Origin: Candidatus Omnitrophota bacterium | Lineage (GTDB): Bacteria > Omnitrophota > Gorgyraeia > JACQQV01 | Direction: 5' to 3' | NCBI GenBank assembly: GCA_016206785.1 | Contig: JACQQV010000002.1 | Coordinates: 1,554-65,553, forward strand | Length of the DNA: 64,000 nt | Shown here: positions 39,474 through 49,163 of the stretch, piece by piece | How positions within the stretch are numbered: position 1 is the stretch's first letter | Layout of the letters: each line of letters opens with the position of its first letter | Position numbers and translations under genes: made by a program | Notes under the pieces: generated by a model | Database searches by the model: none | Seen by the model: the letters and a program-made list of their open reading frames with translations, nothing else | What the model was told of the DNA's origin: nothing

Positions 39474-39487
39474 TTTACGTTACCGCA

Positions 39488-39516
39488 ATTATAGCATAAT
39501 CTTATGATAAAGTCAA
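39488..39516 (-). promoter_or_regulatory. consensus sigma70-type promoter TTGACT-N17-TATAAT with TGn extended -10
   Basis: On the minus strand the sequence reads TTGACTttatcataagattaTGcTATAAT, ending 14 nt before the ATG of the export operon. It shares the 11-mer ATTATGCTATA with the promoter at 1924-1952. Confidence 0.55.
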
Positions 39517-39559
39517 GCAATACAAGAAGTTACTGACAAAAGAGGGCAACTGTGTTAAG

Positions 39560-40834
39560 ATGGTACCCGCTATGGAAAAGCGGATCGAGGAAATCAATCG
39601 ACTCATCAAGTTCTTCCCAGGAGAAAGGGGACGGGAACTCTGGATCGGCACCCTTGTTCAAGACTTCATCGGGATTTATAACGACCTCTTTGAGGAACTC
39701 CCCGGCTACGTCCGCTACACCTTCCTCGAACGGTTCGGGGAATTCATCGAACGGGAACTGAAAGAAATTAAGGAACTGAGGAGCGCTTACGGAAAAGAAT
39801 TTGAGAAGATCCGTGAGGCGAAGGACGCGCTGGAGTTGGCACAGGTCCGGAAAACGCTCACGCGCATTACTGGAAAACTCTTTGAAAAGACCTACGCCGT
39901 CATGGAGACTCATGAATTCTGCACTCAGTACCATGACCACCTCACCCAGCAGGCTGTTCGTCTTGTTGAAGCGTCATTGCGTAAAGAAAAAGGGAAGCCA
40001 CGGGGACAGTACGCCTGGATCCGGATGGGAAGCGCAGGCCGGGAAGAACAGACACTTACCGCAGACCAAGACCATCTCCTTGTCTATGAACGGGCGGAGG
40101 ATGCCTCTTATTTCAGGCGTTTTTCCGAACGGATGGTCTCGGGACTTGAGAAAATAGGATTCGCCCAGTGTCTGGGAGATACCATGGCGACAAATCCCAG
40201 GTGGCGGGGAACTTTTTCCGAATGGAAAAAAAGAATCAAAGAAATGACTCAAAAAGAGGAAGAGCAGATCGGTCTCATGATTCTCATGGATGCCAAATAT
40301 TCCGCCGGCGATCCGGAACTGGCTCAACAGTTCATCCAGATGGTTCGGAAAGAAACGCTTGAGACGCGGGGGTTCCTTCGGGAATTTGCAAAAACCGCAA
40401 CGCTCATGCCGGTCGCACTCACCCTCTTCCGCCGGTTTAAGACCGAGCGCTCCGGAAAACACAAAGGAAAATTTAATGCAAAACTGGAGGGATGGATGCC
40501 ACTTGTCATGACAACGCTCGTCTTCGCTTTAAAATACGGCGTCTTGGATACCAATACCGTCAAGCGGATCCGGGCCCTCGAGAAACAGGGCCATTTCGAA
40601 CCGGACTTTTCGGCGAATCTTCAGGAGGCCTATTTTATGCTCACCCGTGTGAAGATTTTAAAACAGATCGCGGCCCTCAAGGAGCACCGCAAGCCCGATT
40701 ACTATGTGAATCCCAACGACCTTCCTCCCAAACAGCGGCAGAAACTCCATGAAGCGCTTCTGTGTGTGGACCAACTCAAACGGATCGCTTATTCCAGTTT
40801 CCACTTAAGCGCCGCGGATATTCGGGGAGTATGA
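39560..40834 (+). CDS. DUF294-type putative nucleotidyltransferase with DUF294_C substrate-binding domain
   Basis: It has the nucleotidyltransferase motif WIRMGSAGREEQTLTADQDHLLVYE (GS...D.D), followed by a helical C-terminal domain. Confidence 0.65.
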   Translation: MVPAMEKRIEEINRLIKFFPGERGRELWIGTLVQDFIGIYNDLFEELPGYVRYTFLERFGEFIERELKEIKELRSAYGKEFEKIREAKDALELAQVRKTLTRITGKLFEKTYAVMETHEFCTQYHDHLTQQAVRLVEASLRKEKGKPRGQYAWIRMGSAGREEQTLTADQDHLLVYERAEDASYFRRFSERMVSGLEKIGFAQCLGDTMATNPRWRGTFSEWKKRIKEMTQKEEEQIGLMILMDAKYSAGDPELAQQFIQMVRKETLETRGFLREFAKTATLMPVALTLFRRFKTERSGKHKGKFNAKLEGWMPLVMTTLVFALKYGVLDTNTVKRIRALEKQGHFEPDFSANLQEAYFMLTRVKILKQIAALKEHRKPDYYVNPNDLPPKQRQKLHEALLCVDQLKRIAYSSFHLSAADIRGV

Positions 40835-41622
40835 AAATCCTTTTATCCAATGGAAGCTTTTACCATTTCTCCTGCGAGAAGGTGGCGCAGCTCGCGAAGG
40901 CCTCCGGATTTGACGGCCTCGCCCTCATGATTACACGGGAATTTGAGGGGCGTAACGAAAGAGAACTGGTTGAGAAGTGCCAGAAGATTCTTCCGGTCTT
41001 GTCTATCCATTCTCCTTTCCTTGCACTCAGACATTGGGGAGATCCGATCGATAAAATCGAGCGTTCTGTGGAATTGTGTCTTGCGACCGGCATTCCGCTT
41101 CTCACTTTTCATCCCCCGGCTTGGCTTTTCCTAGAAGTGGGGTTTAGTGTTTGGTTTGCCGGTATCCGCGATTTCCAAGAGGAGGTCGGGAAAAACAGGG
41201 TGATGGTCAGCATCGAAAATATGTCCCGCCTCAAACGTTACTTTTGTGATCCCCATCTTCTTTCACGAACGGCGAGCCTCATGCATTTTATAGAAAAAAG
41301 AAATCTCTACTTAAGTTTCGACAGTTCGCATATGGGAACAAAGAAGGCTGATTTTTTGGAAGACTTCGATCGGCTCTACCAGACGGGAAAAGTGAAGCAG
41401 GTGCAGTATAGCGACTACCGGGACGGCCATGAACACTTAAGACCCGGCCGAGGCGTCCTCCCCCTCGATCAACTGCTTCGATACCTGCATGAAAAGAATT
41501 ATTCAGAGACACTCTGTATCGAACTTTTTCCGGAAGAATTCCCGAAAGAGGAAGAAGCGATTGTAAAAATTCTGAGAGATATCTTGAGAGAAATTCGTGA
41601 GAGAAAGTCTCGTATCTCGTGA
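40831..41622 (+). CDS. sugar phosphate isomerase/epimerase (xylose-isomerase-like TIM barrel)
   Basis: The 263-aa protein has an ATGA overlap with the upstream gene and GGGGAG just before the ATG. Histidine and glutamate residues are spaced as in the AP-endonuclease-2/xylose-isomerase-like fold. Confidence 0.6.
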   Translation: MKILLSNGSFYHFSCEKVAQLAKASGFDGLALMITREFEGRNERELVEKCQKILPVLSIHSPFLALRHWGDPIDKIERSVELCLATGIPLLTFHPPAWLFLEVGFSVWFAGIRDFQEEVGKNRVMVSIENMSRLKRYFCDPHLLSRTASLMHFIEKRNLYLSFDSSHMGTKKADFLEDFDRLYQTGKVKQVQYSDYRDGHEHLRPGRGVLPLDQLLRYLHEKNYSETLCIELFPEEFPKEEEAIVKILRDILREIRERKSRIS

Positions 41623-41666
41623 AGCGTATCTTTTATTTTGTTTGCGAACGACGCTTCACGAACGAC
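41608..41666. repeat. Copy B of the CGTGAAGCG / CGCTTCACGAACGAC palindromic repeat family (terminator-like)
   Basis: The sequence is tctcgtatcTCGTGAAGCGtatcttttattttgtttgcgaacgaCGCTTCACGAacgac. It spans the isomerase stop codon and sits between convergent genes. Confidence 0.55.
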
Positions 41667-41671
41667 AGCTT

Positions 41672-43447
41672 TTAAATTCCTTCCCAATCCATCTTAGAAA
41701 TCAGGAAAAACATCGCCCACCCGGATACTGCACAAAGCGCTGCAGCCATAAGTCCCAAGCGGTACTGCCCCATCACAAGCCACCCGATACTAAAAAGTGA
41801 GGCGTAAATACAGATCGTCCCCAGGAAGAAATTGGTCACCTCCGGCCAACCCAAATGGAGCTTTTTGATGTCCTTGCATTTTCGAGCGATCGGTCCCCAG
41901 AAGCCGCCAGGACGGACATGACGGAAAAATTCTTCAAGCTGTTTCTGCTCCACAGGCTTTGTGAGGAAGGTGACGACGAGCCAGATCACGGTACAAAGAC
42001 CGAGTGTGATGACAAGGCGCACCGCATAATAATCGGGGCCCTGAATGCTTCTAAAATAAGGGGCCTTTTCAAGAGTGAGTGAAATGAATAAAGACGAAAT
42101 CATCGCCGAGACCTCGGACCAGGCATTCACCCGCCACCAATACCAGCGAAGAAGCACCACCAGGGAGGTCCCCACCATCAAAAGCTGGATAAAGAGCCAC
42201 GCCTCGTAAATCGATTTCATCCGCCAGGCGGTAAGCCCCGCGAGAACGGCCATCATGAAGGTGGCGACCTGCGACATAAACACATAGTGCCTCTCCGGCG
42301 CATCTTTTTTCACAAACCGTTTGTAGACGTCGTTAATGAGATAAGAGGCGCCCCAGTTTAAATGTGTGGTAATCGTTGACATGAACGCGGCAAGAAATGC
42401 AGCAACCAGAAACCCTTTGAGCCCCACCGGCAAGAACAGGACCATCATCTTTGGATAAGACGATTCGGGATCTGCGATATTCGGAAAATAGATGAGGGAG
42501 CCAAGCCCCACAATGATCCAGGGCCAGGGCCGAACTGCATAATGGGCGAAGTTATACCAGAGGACCGCAAGCATCGAATGTTTTTCATTCTTGGTGGAGA
42601 AAAGACGCTGCGCCAAAAATCCTCCACCTTCCCCGCCCCCCAACCATTGAAAAAAGATGAAGACAAAAAATGAAAAGACGGCGAGCTTCGTCGCCCCGGG
42701 GGAAGGAACGAAACCGAGAAGTTGATCAGGGGCAACCACCTTTGAAAGGGTCTCTGACGCAGAAAGGGTTTTTGCCGCTGCCACCGATTTCATCGCGAGT
42801 GCAGCCGGCCCCCCCGTTTTCACGACAACGATCACCGCAAGCATGATGCAGCCGAGCATCGCCCAGATAAACTGGAAAAAGTCGGTCACGACTGCTCCCC
42901 AAAGTCCTGAAAGGAGAGTGTAAATGAGTGTCACGAAAACGAGTATCCCTACGGAGAAGGCCTTGTCCCAGCCAAGAAGTTCATGTACGATTTTTGTCAT
43001 GGCAAGGATTACCCACCCCATCGTCACACAGTTGAAGAGGGTGGAACGGTAGAGGGCGTGGAAAAGACGCAGAAGCGACGCCGCCTTCCCGCCATACCGG
43101 AGTTCGACGAATTCGACATCGGTGAGAATTCTTGCCCGTCGCCAGAGCCGCGCATAAAAAAAGACGCAGAGCATCCCTCCCATGAGGCCGCTCCACCAAT
43201 ACCAGTTTCCCTGAATCCCGCGGGTCCGGACAATGCCAGCGATCGCAAGGGGGGTGTCTGCAGCAAAGGAGGTGGCAACGATGGAGGTCCCCGCAAGCCA
43301 CCAACTTAAAGTGCGTCCGGCGACAAAATATTCGGTGAGGCTCCCTGTGGCGCGTTTTGTGTAATAGAGGCCAATCGACAGGGAGAGGACAAAATAGGCA
43401 AGAATGATGAGCCAATCGATGAGGGCGAGAGAGATGATTTCTGGCAT
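41672..43447 (-). CDS. sodium:solute symporter family (SSS) transporter
   Basis: It has 13 or more TM helices and begins MPEIISLALIDWLIILAYFVLSLSIGLYY...EYFVAGR, which is typical of the SSF family. The start was trimmed to 43447. Confidence 0.8.
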   Translation of the reverse strand: MPEIISLALIDWLIILAYFVLSLSIGLYYTKRATGSLTEYFVAGRTLSWWLAGTSIVATSFAADTPLAIAGIVRTRGIQGNWYWWSGLMGGMLCVFFYARLWRRARILTDVEFVELRYGGKAASLLRLFHALYRSTLFNCVTMGWVILAMTKIVHELLGWDKAFSVGILVFVTLIYTLLSGLWGAVVTDFFQFIWAMLGCIMLAVIVVVKTGGPAALAMKSVAAAKTLSASETLSKVVAPDQLLGFVPSPGATKLAVFSFFVFIFFQWLGGGEGGGFLAQRLFSTKNEKHSMLAVLWYNFAHYAVRPWPWIIVGLGSLIYFPNIADPESSYPKMMVLFLPVGLKGFLVAAFLAAFMSTITTHLNWGASYLINDVYKRFVKKDAPERHYVFMSQVATFMMAVLAGLTAWRMKSIYEAWLFIQLLMVGTSLVVLLRWYWWRVNAWSEVSAMISSLFISLTLEKAPYFRSIQGPDYYAVRLVITLGLCTVIWLVVTFLTKPVEQKQLEEFFRHVRPGGFWGPIARKCKDIKKLHLGWPEVTNFFLGTICIYASLFSIGWLVMGQYRLGLMAAALCAVSGWAMFFLISKMDWEGI

Positions 43448-43529
43448 CGGGATTTTTTGTAAGATGAAACGAAAGCCAGAGTAACATAAAAAGATGGTTT
43501 TGACAAGGAGTTTCTTGTAAAATCGAGAG

Positions 43530-45758
43530 GTGCGAATCCCTCGGTTCAATATTTATCTTATCTTACTTTTTTCACTTCTTTTGCTTCTTTCACTTCCATC
43601 CCCCGCCTCTGCCGAAAAAATCACGCTCACTCTCTGGGAATTCTCCGGCTACGAAGAACTGATGCAGGAGCTCCTCAAAAAATTCGAGGCCGAACACCCT
43701 CACATCAGGATCAAGGTGCAGCAACTTTCCTGGGAACATGGTCTTGAAAAGATCATCGTCTCGATCGCTGCAGGCAACGCCCCCGATGTGGTAGAACTTG
43801 GAACCGATTGGGTGCCCAAATTCGCCTCCGCGGGAGTCCTGCGCGACCTCACCGAAGAAACAAAAGACCTTCAAGAGGCTTATTTTCTATGGGAGGCTGC
43901 GACCTATGACAAGAAACGGTTCGGGGTTCCGTGGCTTGCCGGTACCCGTATCCTTTTTTATAACCGCGATCTTTTCAAGCGGGCAGGGCTCGATTCTGAA
44001 AAAGTACCCAAAACATGGGAAGAGCTTCTGGAAGCGGCAAAAAGCATCCGTCGTCTTGGAGAAAATATTTACGGATTTGCCATCTTCGTGGGAGAACCTT
44101 ACAGCCCCTGGCAGGAATTCCTTCCCTTCGCATGGGGAAATGGGGCAAAAATTTTAAGCGACGATCAAAAGCGGTGTCTCATCGACTCACCCGAGATGGT
44201 TGAGGCTCTTTCCTATTATCAGAAGTTAAAACCTTACTCGCTCATCGATCGACAGTCTCAGGTGAACAATCTTTTCGCCGACAACAAAGTAGGAATGCAG
44301 ATCTCCGGTGCATGGAATTTCCGACTTATTCCACGTCTCAATCCGCAGCTTAATTTTGGCGTTGCCCTCCTTCCGAAACCGGCCCCCGACCGGGGTTTCC
44401 CCGCCTCTTTCGCGGGAGGGGAGATCTTCTCGATCCTTAAAAGTTCGCCTCACCCGGAAGAGGCGATGGCTCTCATCCGGTTCATGACCGAAGAAGAAAA
44501 TGCGATTGAGGTTGTAAAACTCCAGCAGAACGTTGTCCCGACGTTTAAGAAAAGTATGGATCACTCCTATTTCAAGACCCATCCTGACCAGCGTCTCTTT
44601 TTCGAACAGATGGCAACCGCCGTCGCCCCTCCGAACCATCCCCTCTGGGTCGACATGCAAGAGCACCTCACCCGAGCCATTGAAGAAGTCATCGTTCAAA
44701 ATACCCCTCCCCAAAAAGCACTCCGTCGCGCCAAGGAGAGAATCGAGAGAATTCTCGTTGAAGAAAAGGCACCGTTTGCACTGAAGGAGCGGGTTGTTGC
44801 GCTTTCGTTGGGCGGCGGACTCTTCCTGATCGGGATGCTTCTTTTCATGCGGAAAAAATCAGCCGTATTTTCGGGGAAGACATTCCTCCGAGAAAATAGG
44901 ACAACATGGATTTTTCTTTCCCCATGGCTTCTGACCTTCCTTCTTTTCGGTCTCTACCCCCTCTTTCATTCCCTCCTCATCAGTCTTTCACGCTATAACC
45001 TTCTGAATGCGGAGGTCACATTTGTCGGTTTCCAGAATTATGCAGCACTCCTTAAAGACAGAGACTTTCATCATGCGTTCTGGCATACCCTTTTCTTTGC
45101 TGCAGGAACTATCCCTTTTACCCTTCTTCTTGCGCTCATCACCGCGATCCTCATCCACCGGAAGATTCCTTTCAAAGGCCTCTATCAGGCGGGCCTTTTC
45201 CTTCCCGTCTCTACCTCTGTGATCGTGATTGCAACCCTCTTCCTCTACCTCTATTCACCCGAGGGCCTCTTCAATGCGCTTCTCGATCAATTCGGTCTTC
45301 CCAAACCGGACCCGACGTGGCTCGTGAACATCCACTTCGCACTACCGAGCATCATGGTGATGAACATCTGGGCCAGTTTCGGTTATTACATGATTTTAAT
45401 CCTGGCAGGACTTCAAGCGATTCCAGAATCTCTGTATGAGGCGGCGGAAATCGACGGGGCGAATGAATGGCAACGGTTTTGGCATATTACACTCCCCCAG
45501 CTCCGCCCGATCCTCCTTTTTGTGGGGGTCATCCAGACCATCTATTCTTTTCAGGTCTTTCCGGAGGTCCTCACCATGACACAAGGGGGACCGTTGGGGG
45601 CTACGACAACGGTCGTCTACCACCTCTATGAGACCGGTTTTCAAAAATTTGAAATGGGCCTCGCCTCGGCGGTCGGATATTTTCTTTTCCTTGTGATCAT
45701 GATTTTTTCCTTGGCTCAAATGCGGCTCTTTAAATTGGGGGAGCAAACCGGGGAATGA
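43530..45758 (+). CDS. fused ABC sugar-binding protein (SBP family 1) and MalF/UgpA-type permease
   Basis: It has a signal peptide, an SBP_bac_1-like domain of about 420 aa, a TM linker, and a 6-TM permease with the EAA motif (ESLYEAAEIDGANEWQ). It forms a single ORF of 742 aa. Confidence 0.75.
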   Translation: MRIPRFNIYLILLFSLLLLLSLPSPASAEKITLTLWEFSGYEELMQELLKKFEAEHPHIRIKVQQLSWEHGLEKIIVSIAAGNAPDVVELGTDWVPKFASAGVLRDLTEETKDLQEAYFLWEAATYDKKRFGVPWLAGTRILFYNRDLFKRAGLDSEKVPKTWEELLEAAKSIRRLGENIYGFAIFVGEPYSPWQEFLPFAWGNGAKILSDDQKRCLIDSPEMVEALSYYQKLKPYSLIDRQSQVNNLFADNKVGMQISGAWNFRLIPRLNPQLNFGVALLPKPAPDRGFPASFAGGEIFSILKSSPHPEEAMALIRFMTEEENAIEVVKLQQNVVPTFKKSMDHSYFKTHPDQRLFFEQMATAVAPPNHPLWVDMQEHLTRAIEEVIVQNTPPQKALRRAKERIERILVEEKAPFALKERVVALSLGGGLFLIGMLLFMRKKSAVFSGKTFLRENRTTWIFLSPWLLTFLLFGLYPLFHSLLISLSRYNLLNAEVTFVGFQNYAALLKDRDFHHAFWHTLFFAAGTIPFTLLLALITAILIHRKIPFKGLYQAGLFLPVSTSVIVIATLFLYLYSPEGLFNALLDQFGLPKPDPTWLVNIHFALPSIMVMNIWASFGYYMILILAGLQAIPESLYEAAEIDGANEWQRFWHITLPQLRPILLFVGVIQTIYSFQVFPEVLTMTQGGPLGATTTVVYHLYETGFQKFEMGLASAVGYFLFLVIMIFSLAQMRLFKLGEQTGE

Positions 45759-46903
45759 ATACCGTGAAATTTAAAGAGTTATGGATCGTGGGAATTCTCA
45801 CCCTTCTCCTCATCTTGACCCTTGCCCCTTTGGTCTTGATGTTCTACTGGTCGGTGAAACCGGGCGGAACGCTCACAAAGCCGGTTCGTGAGATTGTCCT
45901 TACCCCCTCGGATTCCATCCCTCTTCGTCTCGATATGCGAAAATTCACACACCTTGAATTCTTCGTAAAAGGGGAAAAAGGAGGAGAATCTTTTAGGGTC
46001 GTTTTAAAGGATATCCTTGGAAATGAGGTCGCAGTTCCGATTCAAGAGATGCTGAAAGGAGGGGTCTCTCAGGACTGGCAAAAGGTTTCACTTCCGATAG
46101 ATCGCTTTGACCTCTCGCAACTCAATCCCGCGATTCTTGAGAAGGTGGCGGAAGAACTGATGTTTGTCCTCGATAAGGAAGGGGCGGAGAAAATTTTCAT
46201 AAAAGAAGTGCGCCTCGCGTTTAAACGCTTTACCCTTGTGAACTATGTGGATGTCTTGGTCGGCGGGTTTTTCGGACGGTATTTCATCAATAGCCTCCTC
46301 ATCACCCTCGTTGTAGTTTTGGGAAATCTTCTTTTTTCCTCGATGGTCGGTTACGCCTTCGCGCGGAAGGAATTTCCCGGAAAGGAATTTCTTTTCCTCC
46401 TCATCCTCGGAAATATCATGATCCCTTCACAGGTCCTCATGATACCGATCTTTATCCTCATGAAAAATCTCCATTGGCTGAATACCTACTGGGCCCTCAC
46501 GATTCCGGCGCTCGTCGCCCCCTTCAATATCTTCTTCATGCGGCAGTATATCTCGGCCCTCCCCTCCTCTTTGGAGGATGCGGCGCGTATCGACGGGGCG
46601 GGGGACTTTCAAATTTTTTTCCGAATTGTGCTCCCTCTTTCAAAACCGGCCCTTGCGGTCGTCGGGATCAACACCTTCATGGGAAGTTGGAACACATTCT
46701 TGTATCCTTTTCTCCTCACCAATACCCCTGAGATGCGCACCCTTCCTGTGGGACTTGCCCTCTATAAGAGCTTGATGGGGGTTGATTGGGTCCGCCTCAT
46801 GGCCGCCTCCAGCATCACCGCACTCCCTGTGATTCTTACCTTTCTTTTCTTCCAGCGCTACATCATTGCAGGCTTAACCGCCGGCACTGTCACCAAAAAA
46901 TAA
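45755..46903 (+). CDS. MalG/UgpE-type ABC permease with about 150-aa periplasmic insertion related to the VKGEKGGE domain family
   Basis: It has the EAA motif (SSLEDAARIDGAGDFQ) and 6 TM helices. The loop between TM1 and TM2 contains FFVKGEKGGESFRVVLKD...QDWQKVSLPIDRF, which matches the domain found in the proteins encoded at 49164-53355. Confidence 0.75.
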   Translation: MNTVKFKELWIVGILTLLLILTLAPLVLMFYWSVKPGGTLTKPVREIVLTPSDSIPLRLDMRKFTHLEFFVKGEKGGESFRVVLKDILGNEVAVPIQEMLKGGVSQDWQKVSLPIDRFDLSQLNPAILEKVAEELMFVLDKEGAEKIFIKEVRLAFKRFTLVNYVDVLVGGFFGRYFINSLLITLVVVLGNLLFSSMVGYAFARKEFPGKEFLFLLILGNIMIPSQVLMIPIFILMKNLHWLNTYWALTIPALVAPFNIFFMRQYISALPSSLEDAARIDGAGDFQIFFRIVLPLSKPALAVVGINTFMGSWNTFLYPFLLTNTPEMRTLPVGLALYKSLMGVDWVRLMAASSITALPVILTFLFFQRYIIAGLTAGTVTKK

Positions 46904-46937
46904 AAAACGGAGTGACGACCCTATGTCACTCCGTTTA
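46895..46937. terminator. bidirectional rho-independent terminator
   Basis: The sequence is aaaaaataaaaaACGGAGTGACgaccctatGTCACTCCGTtta, a 10-bp stem with an 8-nt loop. The minus-strand reading is followed by a long U tract and the plus-strand reading by UUU. Confidence 0.6.
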
Positions 46938-46955
46938 GAAACCGAAAAACTTAAC

Positions 46956-48209
46956 TTAGTCGCCGGCGCCGACGGTGGTCTTCCGTTCCTCCTTGGTGAG
47001 TTCGAAAATCCTCCGGAAAAGTTTCTCCTCCCGCGCTCCGAGTTTAACCTTCCGACGGGACATAACGCGTTCGGCCACCTCCAACCCCTTCTCGAGTTTG
47101 TAGGTGGTGAGTCCTGACGCGCCTCCCCACGAGAAGGAAGGAATATATTTCGGAGGGAAACCGGCACCGAAGACATTGGAGGAAACACCGACGACGGTTC
47201 CGGTATTTAACATCGTATTCACTCCCGTCTTCGAATGGTCTCCCATCGTAAGCCCGACAAACATTGAGCCGGAATCGACCATCCTCCCATCCACCCAGAC
47301 TTTCACGTTTCCGTAATTGTTCTTAAGGTCACTGTTAGAGGTTCCGGCACCCAAGTTACACCATTCGCCGATATAGGCGTGACCGAGAAATCCGTCATGC
47401 TGCTTGTTCGAGTAAGCATGGAGGATCGAGCCCTCGACCTCTCCTCCTATCTTGCAGACAGGACCGATACTCGTATTTTCATAGATCTTGGCGTTTATCT
47501 TGAGTTTGGTTTCATCCCCGATATAGGCGGGACCCTCAACGACAGAGTTCGGGAAGATCGTTACATTTTCGCCAATGTAGATAGGGCCGTTTTCTGCGTC
47601 GAGCACCACACAGGGTTTAATCTTCGAGCCTTTCCCAATATAGATCTGGGAAGGATTCAAAAGATACGTTCCGTCATAGACCTTGCCGTGGTTTGAACCT
47701 TTTTTCCCTACGAGAAGTTCAAAGTCCCGGACGATCTCGTTTCCATTATTCTGCACAAGGTCCCATGAATACTTGACGAGCTTTGCTTTGACCTTCCGGA
47801 CCTTCACCCCCTTTACGGTCTTGAGGAGCCTTTCTTCAAGGAAGACCTGAGGGGTGACTTTCTTTGCATTCTCCTGCGACAGACGCGCGTAGACGACGGT
47901 ATCATCCTGAACTCCGATCTCCTCTTTTCCTTCAAGAGGAATAACTTCGCCGATGAGGAGCCGGCTGTTGAGGAAAAGGGTGTTTTCTTTCTCAACGGTC
48001 AAGCGGTTTACGCCGAAGGAATCACGACCTTTGAGAAGGTCCGCGATATAGTCTCTGCAGAAAAGGGTGATCGATGCCTTGGGGTATCGGCGGACCACCT
48101 TTTCCTGCAAAAGAAGGATGCCGCAGCGGAGTGCTGAGACCGGCCGCATATAAACAAGCGGAAGGAGTGTGCGATAAGAGGCGTCTTCAAAAATGCGGAT
48201 TTCTTTCAT
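46956..48209 (-). CDS. GlmU-related left-handed beta-helix protein (putative sugar nucleotidyltransferase/acyltransferase, no classical NTP-transferase domain)
   Basis: The N-terminus MKEIRIFEDASYRTLLPLVYMRPVSALRCGILLLQEKV is followed by hexapeptide repeats (IGENVTIFPNSVVEGPAYIGDETKL...). It is homologous to an internal region of the 2256-aa protein. Confidence 0.65.
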   Translation of the reverse strand: MKEIRIFEDASYRTLLPLVYMRPVSALRCGILLLQEKVVRRYPKASITLFCRDYIADLLKGRDSFGVNRLTVEKENTLFLNSRLLIGEVIPLEGKEEIGVQDDTVVYARLSQENAKKVTPQVFLEERLLKTVKGVKVRKVKAKLVKYSWDLVQNNGNEIVRDFELLVGKKGSNHGKVYDGTYLLNPSQIYIGKGSKIKPCVVLDAENGPIYIGENVTIFPNSVVEGPAYIGDETKLKINAKIYENTSIGPVCKIGGEVEGSILHAYSNKQHDGFLGHAYIGEWCNLGAGTSNSDLKNNYGNVKVWVDGRMVDSGSMFVGLTMGDHSKTGVNTMLNTGTVVGVSSNVFGAGFPPKYIPSFSWGGASGLTTYKLEKGLEVAERVMSRRKVKLGAREEKLFRRIFELTKEERKTTVGAGD

Positions 48210-49051
48210 CGCCGGGTTCCCACCTTTTCACGCCGCGCACTTTTCCTGCGGGGCGTCTCCATGGAGCAACACGATTCCTCACGACCTTGCAGCTTCAGGA
48301 TGCTCGGTTCCGCCGGATATTCGCGTGTGAGTTTGCTAGCGGCCGCTTTGTCCGTAATGATCGTGGCTTTCGGATGAAGCTGGACGATAGTCGCCGGAAC
48401 CATCGCGGTAATCGGCCCCTCGACGGTCATTGCGATCGCATCCGCCTTGTTGTCTTTATTGGCGAGGAGGATCAGTTGACGCGCCTCCATGATCGTTCCG
48501 ATTCCCATCGTGACCGCATACCGCGGCACTTCATCGAGTGACTTGAAGAAACGGGCGTTGTCTTGCCTTGTCCGCTCATCGAGCGTTTTCACACGGGTTC
48601 TTGACCCGAGGCTCGATCCCGGTTCATTAAAGGCGATGTGGCCGTTGGCACCGATTCCCAAAAGCTGGATATCGAGCCCACCGGCCTTCTTGATCTTTCT
48701 CTCATACGCCTCGCAGGCGGCTGGAATGTCGTCCGCCATCCCATTGGGGACGTTGGTATTTTGCTTCTTAATGTTGATGTCCTTAAAGAGGTTTTTATTC
48801 ATGAAATAGCGGTAACTTTGATCGTGATCGGGGAGAAGTCCAACATATTCATCAAGGTTAAATGTCGTGACCTTGGAGAAATCAAGCCCTTCATTTTTAT
48901 GGAGACGGATGAGTTCTTTGTAGGTTCCGACCGGGGTGCTTCCTGTTGCGAGTCCCAACACACAGTTGGGTTTTTTGCGGATGAGATCCGCGATGATCTG
49001 GGCCGCAAGGGTGCTCATTTCTTCGTAACTATCCTTGACTATGACTTCCAT
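48206..49051 (-). CDS. nagB: glucosamine-6-phosphate deaminase
   Basis: It has the NagB signature GLATGSTP and LGIGANGHIAFNEPGSSL. GGAGG sits 7 nt before the ATG. A C-terminal extension of about 30 aa overlaps the next gene (ATGA). Confidence 0.85.
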   Translation of the reverse strand: MEVIVKDSYEEMSTLAAQIIADLIRKKPNCVLGLATGSTPVGTYKELIRLHKNEGLDFSKVTTFNLDEYVGLLPDHDQSYRYFMNKNLFKDINIKKQNTNVPNGMADDIPAACEAYERKIKKAGGLDIQLLGIGANGHIAFNEPGSSLGSRTRVKTLDERTRQDNARFFKSLDEVPRYAVTMGIGTIMEARQLILLANKDNKADAIAMTVEGPITAMVPATIVQLHPKATIITDKAAASKLTREYPAEPSILKLQGREESCCSMETPRRKSARREKVGTRR

Positions 49052-49071
49052 GTTTTTCCTCCTTTAATAAG

Positions 49072-49101
49072 CCCCGTTAGAAATGTCCATTTCTAACGGG
49101 G
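49072..49101. promoter_or_regulatory. perfect 14-bp inverted repeat with 2-nt loop upstream of nagB RBS
   Basis: The sequence read directly is CCCCGTTAGAAATGtcCATTTCTAACGGGG. It lies about 10 nt upstream of the nagB GGAGG. Confidence 0.4.
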
Positions 49102-49163
49102 TAAGCAAATGATTTAAGGCAAATTTTTATTTTAAGAGATATACCTCTTTTTGTCAAGTCCCC

